Shown here: positions 41,840 through 52,856 of the stretch, in pieces
Layout: each line of letters starts with the position of its first letter
Numbering within the stretch: the first letter of the stretch is position 1
Position numbers and translations under genes: made by a program
The notes under the pieces: model-generated
What the model saw: only the letters and a program-made list of their open reading frames with translations
Databases searched by the model: none
Told to the model about the DNA's origin: nothing
NCBI GenBank assembly: GCA_018969615.1
Contig: JAGWYA010000006.1
Location: forward strand, 1-55,153
Direction of reading: 5' to 3'
DNA: 55,153 nucleotides
DNA from: Patescibacteria group bacterium
Lineage (GTDB): Bacteria; Patescibacteriota; Minisyncoccia; UBA6257; 02-FULL-45-10c

Positions 41840-42985
41840 CTAGGCGGAAATTTTCAAGAATTTATGCTTCCCCACCTGGAGCACGATCTCGCCGCCCAGC
41901 GCGACCGTTCGCATCGGTTCAGTCTGCCGCTCACCGTCCAGTTTCACGCCGCCTTGTTCGATCAACCGCCGCGCTTCGCTCTTACTTGCCGCCATACCGG
42001 TCTCCAGAAGCAAATCGGTCAGGCTCAAGCTTTTTACTTTCAACTTTTTACGTTCAATATCGCTTGGTATTTCCTTGTTCGAAACCACGCGCACGAACTC
42101 ATCCTCAGCCGCAGCCGCAGCTTTCGCGTCGTGGTACATACCGACGATTGTTTTAGCCAGCGCAAGCTTCGCCTCTCGCGGATCTTCGGTCGGCCGCTTC
42201 GCATCAGTGCACAAAGTGAAATACTGGTCGATCAGATCGTCATTCACCGACATAACCTTCCGGAACATCTCGTTTGGTTCATCAGTAAGACCGATATAGT
42301 TGCCCACTGATTTTGACATCTTCTTTACGCCGTCGGTTCCCACCAAAAGCGGAACGGTGATCACGTCCTGCTGAGGCAGGCCGCGATGGCGTTGGAGATC
42401 TCTCCCGGCAAGCATATTGAACTTTTGATCGGTGCCGCCAAGCTCAACGTCAGCCTCAACTATGATCGAGTCATAGGCTTGCATGATCGGATACAGGACC
42501 TCGTGGCTGTGCACCTCCGTGCCGCTCTTCAGCCGCTTCGTGAAATCATCACGCTCCAAAATGCGCTGAACTGTGAATTCCGCCATCAGCTTGATCAGTG
42601 ATGCGAGATCGAGCTTCCTGAACCACTCGCTGTTATAGCGGATCTCGATCTTTTTTGCGTTCAAGATCTTCCCCACCTGTTTGAAATAGGTCTTTGCATT
42701 GGCCTTGACCTCCTGTTCTGAAAGCATCGGGCGCGCCTTCGAGCGGTCGGTCGGGTCGCCGATCCGGGCGGTATAATCGCCGATGATAAAAACGATCGTA
42801 TGCCCCTGATCCTGAAACTCCTTTAATTTCCTGAGCGCGACCGAATGCCCCAAATGAAGGTCGGGCGCGGTCGGATCCGCCCCGTATTTGATCCGCAGTT
42901 TTTTCCCGCTCGCAAACGCTTTTTCCAGATGATCTTTTTCGATCACCTCGACAACGCCGCGGGTCAGTAGGTCGTTCTGTGCCAT
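41840..42985 (-). CDS. tyrS: Tyrosyl-tRNA synthetase
   Basis: HIGH-type motif LHLGH, KMSKS present, and a C-terminal S4 domain (SKSEARRLIEQGGVKLDG). Confidence 0.9.
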   Translation of the reverse strand: MAQNDLLTRGVVEVIEKDHLEKAFASGKKLRIKYGADPTAPDLHLGHSVALRKLKEFQDQGHTIVFIIGDYTARIGDPTDRSKARPMLSEQEVKANAKTYFKQVGKILNAKKIEIRYNSEWFRKLDLASLIKLMAEFTVQRILERDDFTKRLKSGTEVHSHEVLYPIMQAYDSIIVEADVELGGTDQKFNMLAGRDLQRHRGLPQQDVITVPLLVGTDGVKKMSKSVGNYIGLTDEPNEMFRKVMSVNDDLIDQYFTLCTDAKRPTEDPREAKLALAKTIVGMYHDAKAAAAAEDEFVRVVSNKEIPSDIERKKLKVKSLSLTDLLLETGMAASKSEARRLIEQGGVKLDGERQTEPMRTVALGGEIVLQVGKHKFLKISA

Positions 42986-43016
42986 TGTTATACAGTATAA
43001 AACAAAAGGTTCTCAT

Positions 43017-43301
43017 TTAAAATGAGAACCTTCCCATGGGGCACACCAGGTGCCCGAACAACTCCCAATCGAGATCGTCGTCTCCGGTATTCCTGATGCG
43101 CCGGAAGCACTGCGCCGCATCATCGCACCGTAAGGTCAGCATCTCATCCGCATACGATCCCGTGCCGGAAAAGAGAAGCCCGCCCCTATGCTCGCCGATG
43201 CATTCCCTGACCACATCCTTCAACCGAAGGTCGGTACCGCCGATCCCGGGCTCTACGATGAACAAATGCCGCCAATTCTCACGCAGCTCGGTCAGCGTCA
43301 T
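43017..43301 (-). CDS. Hypothetical protein (94 aa)
   Basis: ORF lying between the clpP terminator and a hairpin. No motif recognised. Confidence 0.35.
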   Translation of the reverse strand: MTLTELRENWRHLFIVEPGIGGTDLRLKDVVRECIGEHRGGLLFSGTGSYADEMLTLRCDDAAQCFRRIRNTGDDDLDWELFGHLVCPMGRFSF

Positions 43302-43351
43302 AGCGATCTCGCATGTACTACGGTTCTGTTCCCACTCTACGCCGTCCGCCT

Positions 43352-43381
43352 ACAAAAAAACAAGCCCCGCGCGGGGCTTGT
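43352..43381 (-). terminator. Intrinsic terminator after clpP
   Basis: CAAGCCCCGC-GCGGGGCTTG followed by a T-run on the minus strand. Confidence 0.7.
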
Positions 43382-43384
43382 TTT

Positions 43385-43984
43385 TTATTTTCCGGTCTTT
43401 CCTTTCAGGATCTCATCGACAACGCCGTAATCTTTCGCTTCCTGCGCCGTCAGCCAGAAATCCCGGTCGGTGTCCTTTTCGATCTTCGCATGCGACTGGC
43501 CGGTGTTCTTCGAAAGGATCTGGTTCAGCTGCTCCTTCATGCGAAGGATATGCTTGGCCGTGATCTCGATCTCCACCGCCTGGCCTTCCGCGCCGCCCAT
43601 CACCTGATGCAAAAGCACTTCAGAGTTCGGGAGCGCAATGCGTTTCCCTTTCTTTCCCGCCGTAAGAAGGACCGCAGCCATCGATGCCGCCACGCCGACG
43701 CAGATCGTCGAGACGTCCGGCTTGATATGCTGCATGGTGTCATAGATCGCGAGTCCTGCAGACACCGATCCGCCCGGTGAATTGATATAGAGCTTAATAT
43801 CCTTCTTCGGATCCTCATGTTCAAGGAACAGCAGCTGCGCAATGATCGTGTTCGCCATGCCATCATTGATCGGACCGGCAAGGAAAATGATCCGCTCCTT
43901 CAAAAGACGGGAATAAATGTCATAGGCGCGCTCGCCCATGCCTGTTTTTTCGATAACCGTCGGAATAAGATATTCGTTCTGCAT
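43385..43984 (-). CDS. clpP: ATP-dependent Clp protease proteolytic subunit
   Basis: [19 protein letters not shown] (catalytic Ser region), and MIHQP-equivalent LLHQVMGG. Confidence 0.9.
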   Translation of the reverse strand: MQNEYLIPTVIEKTGMGERAYDIYSRLLKERIIFLAGPINDGMANTIIAQLLFLEHEDPKKDIKLYINSPGGSVSAGLAIYDTMQHIKPDVSTICVGVAASMAAVLLTAGKKGKRIALPNSEVLLHQVMGGAEGQAVEIEITAKHILRMKEQLNQILSKNTGQSHAKIEKDTDRDFWLTAQEAKDYGVVDEILKGKTGK

Positions 43985-44038
43985 ATAAGTAGTATACTCT
44001 ATTTTACGATAGCCGAGACCACCGGCTCTGCCTTGTTT

Positions 44039-45307
44039 TTACTGCAGGGACTCCAAAAAGTCAAAAACTTTCTTGTTCTGCACGCGGCTGTAGCTGTAAT
44101 CGTACAAACGCTGCGGATCAAGCGTTTTCGTCTGCTCGGACGTCATCGTGTTCGCGAACCGCTTCGCCTCTTCTTCAACCTCCGGCGGCGTCGGCTGCAG
44201 GTTCTCATCCTTGGCGATCTGGTACAGGACCAGATTTGTCGCCACACTTTCTTTCGCCTTCGGCTCCAGCTGCTTCCGCAGCGCCTCGTCGCTCAGATCC
44301 TCCTGCTTCGCTCCCGCCTGCTGCGAGGCGCTGCGATACTCCTGGTATTCCTGCACCATGCTGTCGAGGGTATGCTGCAACATCGGTTCCGGAATATCCA
44401 TGGTCGCATGCTTGATGATCTGTTCGATCATCTTCAGGCGCACGCGTTCCTTCTCCTTATCGCTCTTTTCTTTCGTAATGCCATCGCGAATGTTCTTTTT
44501 CAGCTCCGCAACGGTCTCAAACTTCCCGAGCGACTTTGCAAACTCATCGTTCAGCTCCGGCAAGGTCCGTTCAAACACGCCATGGACCGTTACCGCAAAA
44601 TCAACCTTTTTATTCCGCATGTCTTCTTTCCAATAATCCTTCGGGAACGTGACCGCAAAAGAAACCTTGTCGCCTTCCTTATGGCCGATCAAGTTCTCTT
44701 CGAACCCGGGAACGAATTTCCCGTCGCCCAGCACAAAACTATCCGCATGGCCGGATGCGCCATCCAATGCTTTTCCGTCCGCGGTTCCCGTAAAATCCAT
44801 ATCCAACACATCTCCTTTTTTCGCGTCGCGGGCGACCCGGGCCAGCTTTGCGCGGGAGTTCAGGACCCATTTCATCGTATCGTCGATCTCCTTCTCGTCC
44901 ACCTTCACTTCTTTTTTCTCCGCCTGGAGAACCTTCGCGGCGTGCTTTTTGTAATCACCAAGATCAACCTGCGGAAAGACCGTGAGATGTGCTTTGAATT
45001 TCAAACCTTCCTTGCTTTCAAGGACCTCAATGCGGGGCTGATCGATGATCTGCCATTCTTTATCCTCCGCGATCTCCTTCAGCGTCGCCTGGACCGCGCG
45101 GCGGACAGCTTCCTCAAAGACCCGTTCCTTGTCGACGGCTTTGCTCGCCATTTCTTTCGGCGCCGTGCCGGGACGAAATCCTTTGAGATGAACCTTTCCG
45201 ACCGCATCATCAAAAAGCGGCTGATAGTAGTCGAGGAACTCCTTGTGATCAAGGGCAACTTCAAGATCGTACGATGAGTTCTTAAGTTTTTTTTCTGTGA
45301 ATTTCAT
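44039..45307 (-). CDS. tig: Trigger factor
   Basis: The N-terminal ribosome-binding motif GFRPGTAPKEM, the central FKBP-like domain and the tig-clpP gene order all fit. Confidence 0.9.
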   Translation of the reverse strand: MKFTEKKLKNSSYDLEVALDHKEFLDYYQPLFDDAVGKVHLKGFRPGTAPKEMASKAVDKERVFEEAVRRAVQATLKEIAEDKEWQIIDQPRIEVLESKEGLKFKAHLTVFPQVDLGDYKKHAAKVLQAEKKEVKVDEKEIDDTMKWVLNSRAKLARVARDAKKGDVLDMDFTGTADGKALDGASGHADSFVLGDGKFVPGFEENLIGHKEGDKVSFAVTFPKDYWKEDMRNKKVDFAVTVHGVFERTLPELNDEFAKSLGKFETVAELKKNIRDGITKEKSDKEKERVRLKMIEQIIKHATMDIPEPMLQHTLDSMVQEYQEYRSASQQAGAKQEDLSDEALRKQLEPKAKESVATNLVLYQIAKDENLQPTPPEVEEEAKRFANTMTSEQTKTLDPQRLYDYSYSRVQNKKVFDFLESLQ

Positions 45308-45329
45308 TATAAGATCGTAACAACAATGT

Positions 45330-47309
45330 TTAGAGGAACGGGATCAAGAGCAATGCAACGATGTTGATGACTTTGATCAGCGGATTGATCGCCGGGCCCG
45401 CCGTATCCTTATACGGATCGCCGACCGTATCACCGGTCACTGCAGCCTTATGCGCATCGGATCCTTTGCCGCCAAAATGGCCCGATTCGATATACTTCTT
45501 CGCGTTGTCCCATGCCGCGCCGCCGGTCGTCATCGAAATACCGAGGAACAGACCTGCGACAATGGTGCCGACAAGGAAGCCGCCAAGCGCCTGGGCGCCA
45601 AGGAATAATCCTACCAGCAACACCGCCGCGAGCGGGATCAGCGCCGGCAATACCATTTCTTTCAAAGCCGCCTGCGTCACAATATCCACCGCGCGCGCAT
45701 AATCCGGCTTCACCTTGAACTCCATAATGCCCGGCATCTCGCGGAATTGGCGGCGCACTTCTTCCACGACCGCGCCTGCGCTCTTGCCGACCGCTTTCAT
45801 CGCGATCGATGCAAAGAGATACGGAACCGCCGCACCCAGCAGCAAGCCGATCACTACCGAAGGATTCTGAAGGTCAAATACCGCTGTTTTTCCGGACGCC
45901 GTAAGATCGGCAACGTATCCGGCGAACAATACGATCGCGGCCAATCCGGCCGACGCGATCGCGTACCCCTTGGTCACCGCTTTTGTCGTGTTCCCGACCG
46001 CATCAAGCGCATCAGTGATCTTACGCACGTGCGACGGAGCTCCGCTCATTTCAGCAATACCGCCCGCGTTATCGGTGATCGGACCGAACGAATCGATCGC
46101 GATCACAATACCCGCGACCGACAGCATCGAAGTTGCCGCAAGCGCCACGCCGTATAATCCCGCAAGACTGTAGCTCGCAAGGATCGCGCCGACGATGACC
46201 AGCACCGGCACAAAGGTCGATTCCATACCGACGGAAAGTCCCATGATGATATTCGTTCCATGACCCGAGTTCGATGCATCGGCGATCGATTTCACCGGAC
46301 GATAGTTGGTCGCCGTATAGTAATCAGTGACCACCACCATTAACGCCGTCACCGCCAATCCGATCAACGTGCTGAGATAAAAATTCATATATCCGACACC
46401 GAAGTAGAACTGGGTCGCCGGATAGAAAAGCACCGCGGATGCGACCAGCGAAGCGATCAATCCTTTATAGAGCGCACCCATGATCGTCCCGCCTTCGCTC
46501 ACTTTCACGAAGAATGTTCCGAAAAGCGATGCGACGATCGCAAGGCCGCCGATCACCATCGGAAACATCACCAGCGGGCTCGTTGGTGTTTTATCGATCA
46601 AAAATCCGAGCAGCATCGCCGCAACCAGCGTTACCGCATAGGTTTCGAACAGGTCAGCCGCCATCCCTGCGCAGTCACCGACGTTGTCACCGACGTTGTC
46701 GGCGATCACGCCCGGATTGCGCATGTCATCCTCCGGAATACCCGCTTCCACCTTTCCGACAAGATCAGTTCCCACATCCGCCGCTTTCGTATAGATACCG
46801 CCGCCCAACCGCGCAAAAACCGAGATCAAGCTTGCGCCGAAACCGAGTCCGATCAATGCCTTCACATCATGCGTCGCCATAAAGAAACCGGCGATCGCAA
46901 GCAATCCCAGCGCCACCACTAAAAAGCCGGTGACCGCGCCCGCTTTGAACGCCATTGAAAGCGCATCGTTCAATCCGCGCGACGCCGCTTCCGCGGTCTT
47001 CGCATTCGAACGCACCGCCACGTTCATACCGATATATCCCGCCACCGCCGATGCCGTCGCACCAATCACGAATCCGGCCGCCGGAACAAAACCAAGGAAA
47101 TAATAGATCGCGACCAGCAACACCACCGCGACCATCGCCACGCTGCGGTACTGACGGTTCAAGAACGCGCTTGATCCTCCCTGGATCGCCGCGGAGATCT
47201 CCCGCATCTTTTCATTGCCATTCGGCTGCGTGCGAAGCCATACCATAATATAGGCGCTATACAGCACCGCGAGCACGATCGGACCAAAGACTAAAAGTGA
47301 AAAACCCAT
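45330..47309 (-). CDS. hppA: Membrane-bound proton/sodium-translocating pyrophosphatase
   Basis: [21 protein letters not shown] and [19 protein letters not shown] signatures. About 15 TM helices. Confidence 0.9.
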   Translation of the reverse strand: MGFSLLVFGPIVLAVLYSAYIMVWLRTQPNGNEKMREISAAIQGGSSAFLNRQYRSVAMVAVVLLVAIYYFLGFVPAAGFVIGATASAVAGYIGMNVAVRSNAKTAEAASRGLNDALSMAFKAGAVTGFLVVALGLLAIAGFFMATHDVKALIGLGFGASLISVFARLGGGIYTKAADVGTDLVGKVEAGIPEDDMRNPGVIADNVGDNVGDCAGMAADLFETYAVTLVAAMLLGFLIDKTPTSPLVMFPMVIGGLAIVASLFGTFFVKVSEGGTIMGALYKGLIASLVASAVLFYPATQFYFGVGYMNFYLSTLIGLAVTALMVVVTDYYTATNYRPVKSIADASNSGHGTNIIMGLSVGMESTFVPVLVIVGAILASYSLAGLYGVALAATSMLSVAGIVIAIDSFGPITDNAGGIAEMSGAPSHVRKITDALDAVGNTTKAVTKGYAIASAGLAAIVLFAGYVADLTASGKTAVFDLQNPSVVIGLLLGAAVPYLFASIAMKAVGKSAGAVVEEVRRQFREMPGIMEFKVKPDYARAVDIVTQAALKEMVLPALIPLAAVLLVGLFLGAQALGGFLVGTIVAGLFLGISMTTGGAAWDNAKKYIESGHFGGKGSDAHKAAVTGDTVGDPYKDTAGPAINPLIKVINIVALLLIPFL

Positions 47310-47336
47310 AAGAACGTTAGTTGAATTAATTAATGA

Positions 47337-48557
47337 TTAAAAATCCGCAAGCCCGTCATCACCGGTCTTTTTTTCTTCAACAGCGCCCGACGCGACGCCG
47401 CCTTCCAAGACCTCATCAGGCTTTGCCTGAGAACGCACATCGATCTTCCAGCCGGTCAGCTTTGCAGCCAAGCGGACGTTCTGTCCTCCCTTGCCGATCG
47501 CCAAGCTCAGCTGGTCGTCGGGAACGAATGCACGCGCTTCACGACGGGGAAGGACCTCAACGCTCGTCACCTTCGCCGGCGACAATGCATTCGTGATGAA
47601 CTTCACCGGCTCTTCAGCCCATTCGATGATATCGATCTTTTCCTGTCCCAGCTCGTTGCTCACCGCCATCACGCGGGTTCCCCGCTGACCGACGCACGAC
47701 CCGACCGGGTCAACGCCCTCACCCTTGGAAAGCACGGCGATCTTCGTGCGGCTTCCCGCTTCGCGGGCGACCGATTTGATCTCCACAACGCCATCGGCGA
47801 TCTCCGGCACTTCCAGTTCAAAAAGCTTCTCCACGAACTTCGGATGCGAACGCGACAAGATGATTCCCGGAATACGAGTCTCTTCCTGGACCGCGGCGAT
47901 ATAGAAACGCATACGGTCACCAACCGTGTAGTGTTCGCCCGGGATCGATTCATTATAGAACATGATACCGGTCGCACGGCCGAGGTCTATGAACACGTTG
48001 CCGCGGTCATACCGCTGCACCATGCCGCTGATGATCTCTCCCGCTTTATTGCGGAACTCATCAAGGATCGAATCGCGCTCCGCTTCGCGCAACCGCTGCA
48101 GGATCACCTGCTTTGCGGTCTGTGCGGCAATACGGCCGAAATCATCGTGCATTTCAAGCGGAAAAACAAGCTCTTCGCCAAGCTGCGCATCCGCCTTTAT
48201 CTCCTGCGCTTCCTTCAGGAACATATGGCGGTCCGCATTATAGCGCGGCAACAAACCCTCCTCCGCCGGCTCCGGCTCCTGTCCCCTGCGGGAACGAGGC
48301 GCCTCTTCCGGCTCCTCCTCGCCTTCCTCCGGAATGCGGACCGTCGTCTCATCGACGACCGTCTTCACCTTCCAAAACTTCAAGCCGCCGGTCTTTTGAT
48401 CGAACTGGCAGCGCACCACGTCGCCCTTCTGGCAATATTCTTTTTTATACGCGGCCGCGAGCGACATCTCGAGCGCCGTAAACACCTTCTGAGCGTCGAT
48501 CCCTTTTTCCTGGGAGATCTGCTCCACTGCCTTTTTTAATTCTTTTAAATTGAACAT
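47337..48557 (-). CDS. nusA: Transcription termination/antitermination factor NusA
   Basis: N-terminal NusA domain, S1 domain (GEIISGMVQRYDRGNVFIDLG) and two KH domains (...GACVGQRG-like CVGQRGTRV). Confidence 0.9.
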   Translation of the reverse strand: MFNLKELKKAVEQISQEKGIDAQKVFTALEMSLAAAYKKEYCQKGDVVRCQFDQKTGGLKFWKVKTVVDETTVRIPEEGEEEPEEAPRSRRGQEPEPAEEGLLPRYNADRHMFLKEAQEIKADAQLGEELVFPLEMHDDFGRIAAQTAKQVILQRLREAERDSILDEFRNKAGEIISGMVQRYDRGNVFIDLGRATGIMFYNESIPGEHYTVGDRMRFYIAAVQEETRIPGIILSRSHPKFVEKLFELEVPEIADGVVEIKSVAREAGSRTKIAVLSKGEGVDPVGSCVGQRGTRVMAVSNELGQEKIDIIEWAEEPVKFITNALSPAKVTSVEVLPRREARAFVPDDQLSLAIGKGGQNVRLAAKLTGWKIDVRSQAKPDEVLEGGVASGAVEEKKTGDDGLADF

Positions 48558-48664
48558 ACGGTATACCTTCGTTTTTAATGATTATTTTTAATTTTTATTT
48601 TTTATATTTACCCCTTATTAAATAAATATCCGCCAACCTGGCGGACACATCGATCATCGCTACT

Positions 48665-48692
48665 AGTATACACGAAAATATGAAAAAGTCAA
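48665..48692 (-). promoter_or_regulatory. Candidate sigma-70-type promoter upstream of nusA
   Basis: The minus strand reads TTGACT-16 nt-TATACT, about 110 nt upstream of the nusA ATG in an AT-rich spacer. Confidence 0.4.
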
Positions 48693-48741
48693 GTTTGCGC
48701 TCAAAAATAAAATCCCCTCTTTTCAGAGGGGATCAAACTGA

Positions 48742-49473
48742 TTACCGTGAAGAGACTTTCTCCAGAAGCCATTCGGTGGCGGGTGCAAACGACTGAGCGT
48801 CGATCGCCACGTCGCCCATAACTTCGAGAAGCTTCTTGCGCCCCTCTTCAGTTCGGGCAAGGCCGAATCGGTTCTCCTTCAGATGGCCGAGTAGTCGATC
48901 GCCGCTCGGAGAGTCACCGACTGCCAGAATGTTCCGGTATGGAACACCGTGCACATCAGCGAACCGGCGCGAGAATGCTCCTTTATTGAACGGATAGACC
49001 GAGGTTTTCGGATCGAAGCCGACCACCTTCCCGTGCGCATCGAACGTCAGCCGGGTCGAATACACCTTATCGATCAGCATCTCTAGGCCCTGCCATACCA
49101 GCGCAGCCCGGATGAACTGAGCGATGCCGTAGGAAACGATCGCGACCGGAATACCGCGTGAGCGAAGATCCATCAGGCAGGCGCTCACGCCGTCGCGGAA
49201 CCTTATGTTCGCGAGCGTCCGATTGATCGTCCTCATCGTCAGACCGGCATCTGCATACAACGCGACCGTATCGGCAAACCATTGCTTCTGCTCGGCGCGG
49301 GTTAATCCGCTCTCCAGGGCCTTCGCAAGATAGTGCTTGCGCATGCGCTCCGCCCGACAATGATAGGTCCGGGACATGCCATGCGTATCGATCACGTCAT
49401 ACAGTGATCCGTAGGAAGGCGGGATGAGCGTCCCGTCAAAGTCCAGTACAACAGCCCACTTGGCCGTTCTCAT
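48742..49473 (-). CDS. HAD-superfamily hydrolase (phosphoserine-phosphatase-like subfamily impression)
   Basis: Motif I VVLDFDGTL, motif III/IV ...VGDSPSGD. Confidence 0.65.
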   Translation of the reverse strand: MRTAKWAVVLDFDGTLIPPSYGSLYDVIDTHGMSRTYHCRAERMRKHYLAKALESGLTRAEQKQWFADTVALYADAGLTMRTINRTLANIRFRDGVSACLMDLRSRGIPVAIVSYGIAQFIRAALVWQGLEMLIDKVYSTRLTFDAHGKVVGFDPKTSVYPFNKGAFSRRFADVHGVPYRNILAVGDSPSGDRLLGHLKENRFGLARTEEGRKKLLEVMGDVAIDAQSFAPATEWLLEKVSSR

Positions 49474-49565
49474 TTTTTCTCCTCATTCAAAGAACGAATT
49501 TGAATATAGTGTACAAGAAAAAAAGCGTTTCGTCAAAAAGCCCCCGATGTTGGTCGGGGGCTACT

Positions 49566-49700
49566 TTAGGAACTGATCCTGATAGGCTGCGGCATGAAAT
49601 TACCGCACTCACGGCACACCCGCCCATCCTTCCCGCAGTCGGGATGAGCGCACGGCGGCGGAGCAGTATCGTCCCGGACCTGCTTTTCATTCTTGGCCAT
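49566..49700 (-). CDS. Unannotated 44-aa zinc-ribbon miniprotein MAKNEKQVRDDTAPPPCAHPDCGKDGRVCRECGNFMPQPIRISS
   Basis: An AGGAGG box lies 5 nt upstream of the ATG. The Cys pattern is CxxxxC...CxxC. A hairpin terminator (49541-49562) follows. This ORF is preferred over the overlapping 67-aa track ORF, which has no ribosome-binding site. Confidence 0.5.
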   Translation of the reverse strand: MAKNEKQVRDDTAPPPCAHPDCGKDGRVCRECGNFMPQPIRISS

Positions 49701-49726
49701 AGAACCTCCTGAATGGACTGTCCCCA

Positions 49727-50638
49727 CTATATCCCGCCCGCATTCAAAAGCAAAGCACCCACAACGATCACCCCGATCGCAATGCCTTTTTTGATCAAAG
49801 TCCCCCGGCGAAGGTCTTCATGAATAAGTCCGGGAAGCCAAAGCGACAAAGCGAGACCATAGAGAAAAACGAAGACCGGCCCGGAGCTTCCGACCGCTGC
49901 GACGAGGTAGACCGGTGCAAGAAGGATCGCATAGAACGTACAGAAGCGGGCGATGATGTAGATCAATTCGTTCGACATGATGAGCGCCCAGACCTCTGAC
50001 GATAATCCGCGGATATCGCTTCCATCCTGCTTGGGGTCCGCTGCGCGGAGAAAAAGAAGTGGAATGATCCCGATCGCTCCGCCGAAGAATTCGTACGCGA
50101 GCGTATCCCAAAAATTCGCATAAGAGAGGATAAATTTAAAAATGATCCCGGGGACCGCATACAGGAACGCCGCAAGCATCGCATACCAAAAGAACGTATC
50201 CACTTTGAAAAATCCCGTCGCTCCTTCTTCACGCGCAAGCACAAAAGCCCCGCCGATCAACAGAAGGAATCCGATGAACTCGGCGATGTTCGGCACTTCA
50301 TGTAAAAAGAAGAACGAAAGGATAAGCACGAAAACCGGCACTACCTGAAAAAGCGGGGCAACGCGCGACGCATCTTCAAGCGAGATCGCATGATAATACG
50401 GCACCAGCGCTATCTCATAGAGGACGCCTGAAAAAAGGATGAGCGCGGCGTAGACCGGGTTCAGCAGCGGGAAACCGCGAACCACGAAGATAATCATTCC
50501 GGCAATGAACGCAACGACCCCGCTGAGGATCGAAAGGAACAGAAAATCCCGGATCTTCTTTTCGACCAAAAACCGGTCGATGAACGTCGATGCGGCATAG
50601 AGCGCAGGCGCAAGGGTCGCAAAGACGATCCAGCTCAT
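49727..50638 (-). CDS. EamA/DMT-family transporter
   Basis: 10 TM helices arranged as two EamA-like halves. Confidence 0.7.
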   Translation of the reverse strand: MSWIVFATLAPALYAASTFIDRFLVEKKIRDFLFLSILSGVVAFIAGMIIFVVRGFPLLNPVYAALILFSGVLYEIALVPYYHAISLEDASRVAPLFQVVPVFVLILSFFFLHEVPNIAEFIGFLLLIGGAFVLAREEGATGFFKVDTFFWYAMLAAFLYAVPGIIFKFILSYANFWDTLAYEFFGGAIGIIPLLFLRAADPKQDGSDIRGLSSEVWALIMSNELIYIIARFCTFYAILLAPVYLVAAVGSSGPVFVFLYGLALSLWLPGLIHEDLRRGTLIKKGIAIGVIVVGALLLNAGGI

Positions 50639-50641
50639 ACG

Positions 50642-52798
50642 TTATTGCACCTGGATCGTCTGGTCGAAGCTACTGCTGCCGTCAAGATTCTGGCACGTCA
50701 GCGTATAGGTCGTCGTGGTAGTCGGAGAAACACGCGCCGTTCCGAATGTTCCCGCGCTCACCCCGATGCTCGGCGTGATCGCGCACGAATTCGCGAACTG
50801 ACAGCTCCAGGTCAGGACCGATTGCTGTCCGAAGACCGAAGCTTTGTTCAGCGTGGTCGGCATCGCGGAGAAATCGCAGGTCGGAAGATCGGCCACCGTC
50901 ACCAGCATGCTCTGTGTTGTCGTTCCCAGCTGGCCGACGCAGGTCAGCGTATAGGTCAGATCCTTCTTCGCTGAAGCGTAGAAATCCTGAGAGCCGGTCG
51001 GGAACTTGCTGCCGCTCCAATCGTCGCTTGCGGTGCATCCGGTCGCGTTCGTGGCTTTCCATTGCAACGTATAGGCCGCCGGCGCCGCAAGTGTCGCCTG
51101 GTTTTGCATACCGTTCACCGACATTGTGATCACCGGTGCGCTCGTCGGCGCCGGCGGCGCATCAACCGCAACGTTGATCGATGAAATATTGGAAACCTTG
51201 CCGTCACTCTGTACCAGTCGCAACACACCGTACGCGTAGACTCCCGGCTGATCGAAGAATGTCAGGGTTCCAAGATCAACCGTACAATCTTGGACGGCTA
51301 CCGGATTCGGTATCGCGACATCAAATGTAGGGGTTCCTTGATTGAGATCGTAGTTCCAATCGCAATGCCCGCCTGCGGACATCAGCCCCGTCCATCCGCC
51401 GGTCGCATCCTGTGAAACATGGCCGTCGCGATTCGCATCATAGGCTGCCGAGAGCCACACATGCGTCGGAACGCCGCGAGTAATATGAACGCTCCGGGTA
51501 AATGTCTTTCCATCAGTGCTGATCGTTGCCTCCGCGGTCGGCATTGGTACCGCCGCGCCTCCGCTGCCGGTCATAATGACCTTCACCGAATCAGAACCGA
51601 GGCCGGGGCAATACATATTATAGGTATAGGTTCCCGGACTGGTGAGCGTATGCTGTTCCTGTCCCGCATTCGTGCGAATACCCAGCCATGAACCGTAGAC
51701 CAGGCAATACTGGTTCGCCTGCCAGGCAAGCGTAACCGTTGCCGGTACTTGCATCGTCAGCGGTCCTTTTTGCCCGTTCACGGTCAAGCCGACCACGGGC
51801 TGTACCACCTGGGTTGTGGTCGCTACCGGCGTTGGAGGCGGAGCCTCAACCGGAGGCGGAGCGGTTGGTCCGGTCGGAGCCGCAACGACCTTCACGGTCG
51901 CGGAGTACTGCGCTAAACCAAGCTGACTAAATTCCCCCGCCGCCGTGATCGTATAGCGTGTCGTGAATTTCGGCGAGACTTTTGTCGATCCCTGCGCCGC
52001 CACAATGCCGATACCGTTATTAATGGAAACCGCGGTCGCGTTCGTCGAGGTCCAGGTCAGCGTTGCGGATTGTCCGTCCGTGATCGTATCCTTATCTACC
52101 GTCAACGTCACCGTCGGCGGCGGCGGAATGTTACCGACATAGATCGTAAGGCTTCGCGTGATCGTTCCTTGCGCGGTCGATTTTGAATTATCGACATATC
52201 CCTTACAAGCAAAATTAAAATCATACACGCCGCGCTTCACGTATGTATAGGTCTTACTTCCCCGAATGACACCGGTTGTTCCGTCAAAATTCTGAGAAAA
52301 ATTTCCTGTGTCGGGCTCATTCCCGGAGAGCATACACTGTGACGCCGTCGGTCCGCTCCAATTAATAGTGAATGCCCCGCCTTCCGGAACTTTATCTTCA
52401 GTGGCCGTAAGACTTACCATCGCATCAAGCGGCGGACAGATCGTATTGCCGCGCGCTCCTGGATCTACCGGATTGAGCGAGAGCCACGAAATGACACAAT
52501 ATTCAGGCCGATATCCGCCGGCGATCTGGCCGCCAAATCTATCATAGACATATCCGCCGACTGCACCCCTTGTAGTACCCATTAACTGCTCCGAGCATTG
52601 CCGTTGATTACCCTCAATACGCTGCTGACCATACTGATTCCAAACGCAGAGCGGCGGCTGCTGCGTCGATGCGCCGATCTGTAAATTTGGATCAGTGGCA
52701 GCGAAGGCGCCGATCGCTGAAACCGCAAGAAAAGCGATGATCGCTCCCCAGAGGATGAGAAGCTGCCTTTTTGAGAACGGAAGCAGATGTCTATGCAT
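50642..52798 (-). CDS. Secreted surface protein built of repeated Ig-like domains
   Basis: N-terminal signal or anchor LLILWGAIIAFLAVSAIGAFA. Repeated roughly 90-aa modules end in patterns such as T(T/R)YT(L/I)T(C/A) (TTTYTLTCQN, LTYTLTCVG, TRYTITAAG). Confidence 0.7.
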   Translation of the reverse strand: MHRHLLPFSKRQLLILWGAIIAFLAVSAIGAFAATDPNLQIGASTQQPPLCVWNQYGQQRIEGNQRQCSEQLMGTTRGAVGGYVYDRFGGQIAGGYRPEYCVISWLSLNPVDPGARGNTICPPLDAMVSLTATEDKVPEGGAFTINWSGPTASQCMLSGNEPDTGNFSQNFDGTTGVIRGSKTYTYVKRGVYDFNFACKGYVDNSKSTAQGTITRSLTIYVGNIPPPPTVTLTVDKDTITDGQSATLTWTSTNATAVSINNGIGIVAAQGSTKVSPKFTTRYTITAAGEFSQLGLAQYSATVKVVAAPTGPTAPPPVEAPPPTPVATTTQVVQPVVGLTVNGQKGPLTMQVPATVTLAWQANQYCLVYGSWLGIRTNAGQEQHTLTSPGTYTYNMYCPGLGSDSVKVIMTGSGGAAVPMPTAEATISTDGKTFTRSVHITRGVPTHVWLSAAYDANRDGHVSQDATGGWTGLMSAGGHCDWNYDLNQGTPTFDVAIPNPVAVQDCTVDLGTLTFFDQPGVYAYGVLRLVQSDGKVSNISSINVAVDAPPAPTSAPVITMSVNGMQNQATLAAPAAYTLQWKATNATGCTASDDWSGSKFPTGSQDFYASAKKDLTYTLTCVGQLGTTTQSMLVTVADLPTCDFSAMPTTLNKASVFGQQSVLTWSCQFANSCAITPSIGVSAGTFGTARVSPTTTTTYTLTCQNLDGSSSFDQTIQVQ

Positions 52799-52856
52799 AC
52801 CTCATTATTTTACCATAAAAACCTAAAATAGGCCTAAATAAAATACTTATCCCCAC

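Noticed and set aside
43817-45277. 486-aa plus-strand ORF, and the 231-aa ORF at 47844-48539
   Set aside because: They lie antisense to trigger factor and NusA, both of which have clear family motifs. The translations are low-complexity and Leu/Arg-rich, as is typical of shadow ORFs.
49487-49690. 67-aa minus-strand track ORF
   Set aside because: It has no ribosome-binding site and an odd composition. The overlapping 44-aa frame has an AGGAGG box and a four-Cys zinc-ribbon pattern.
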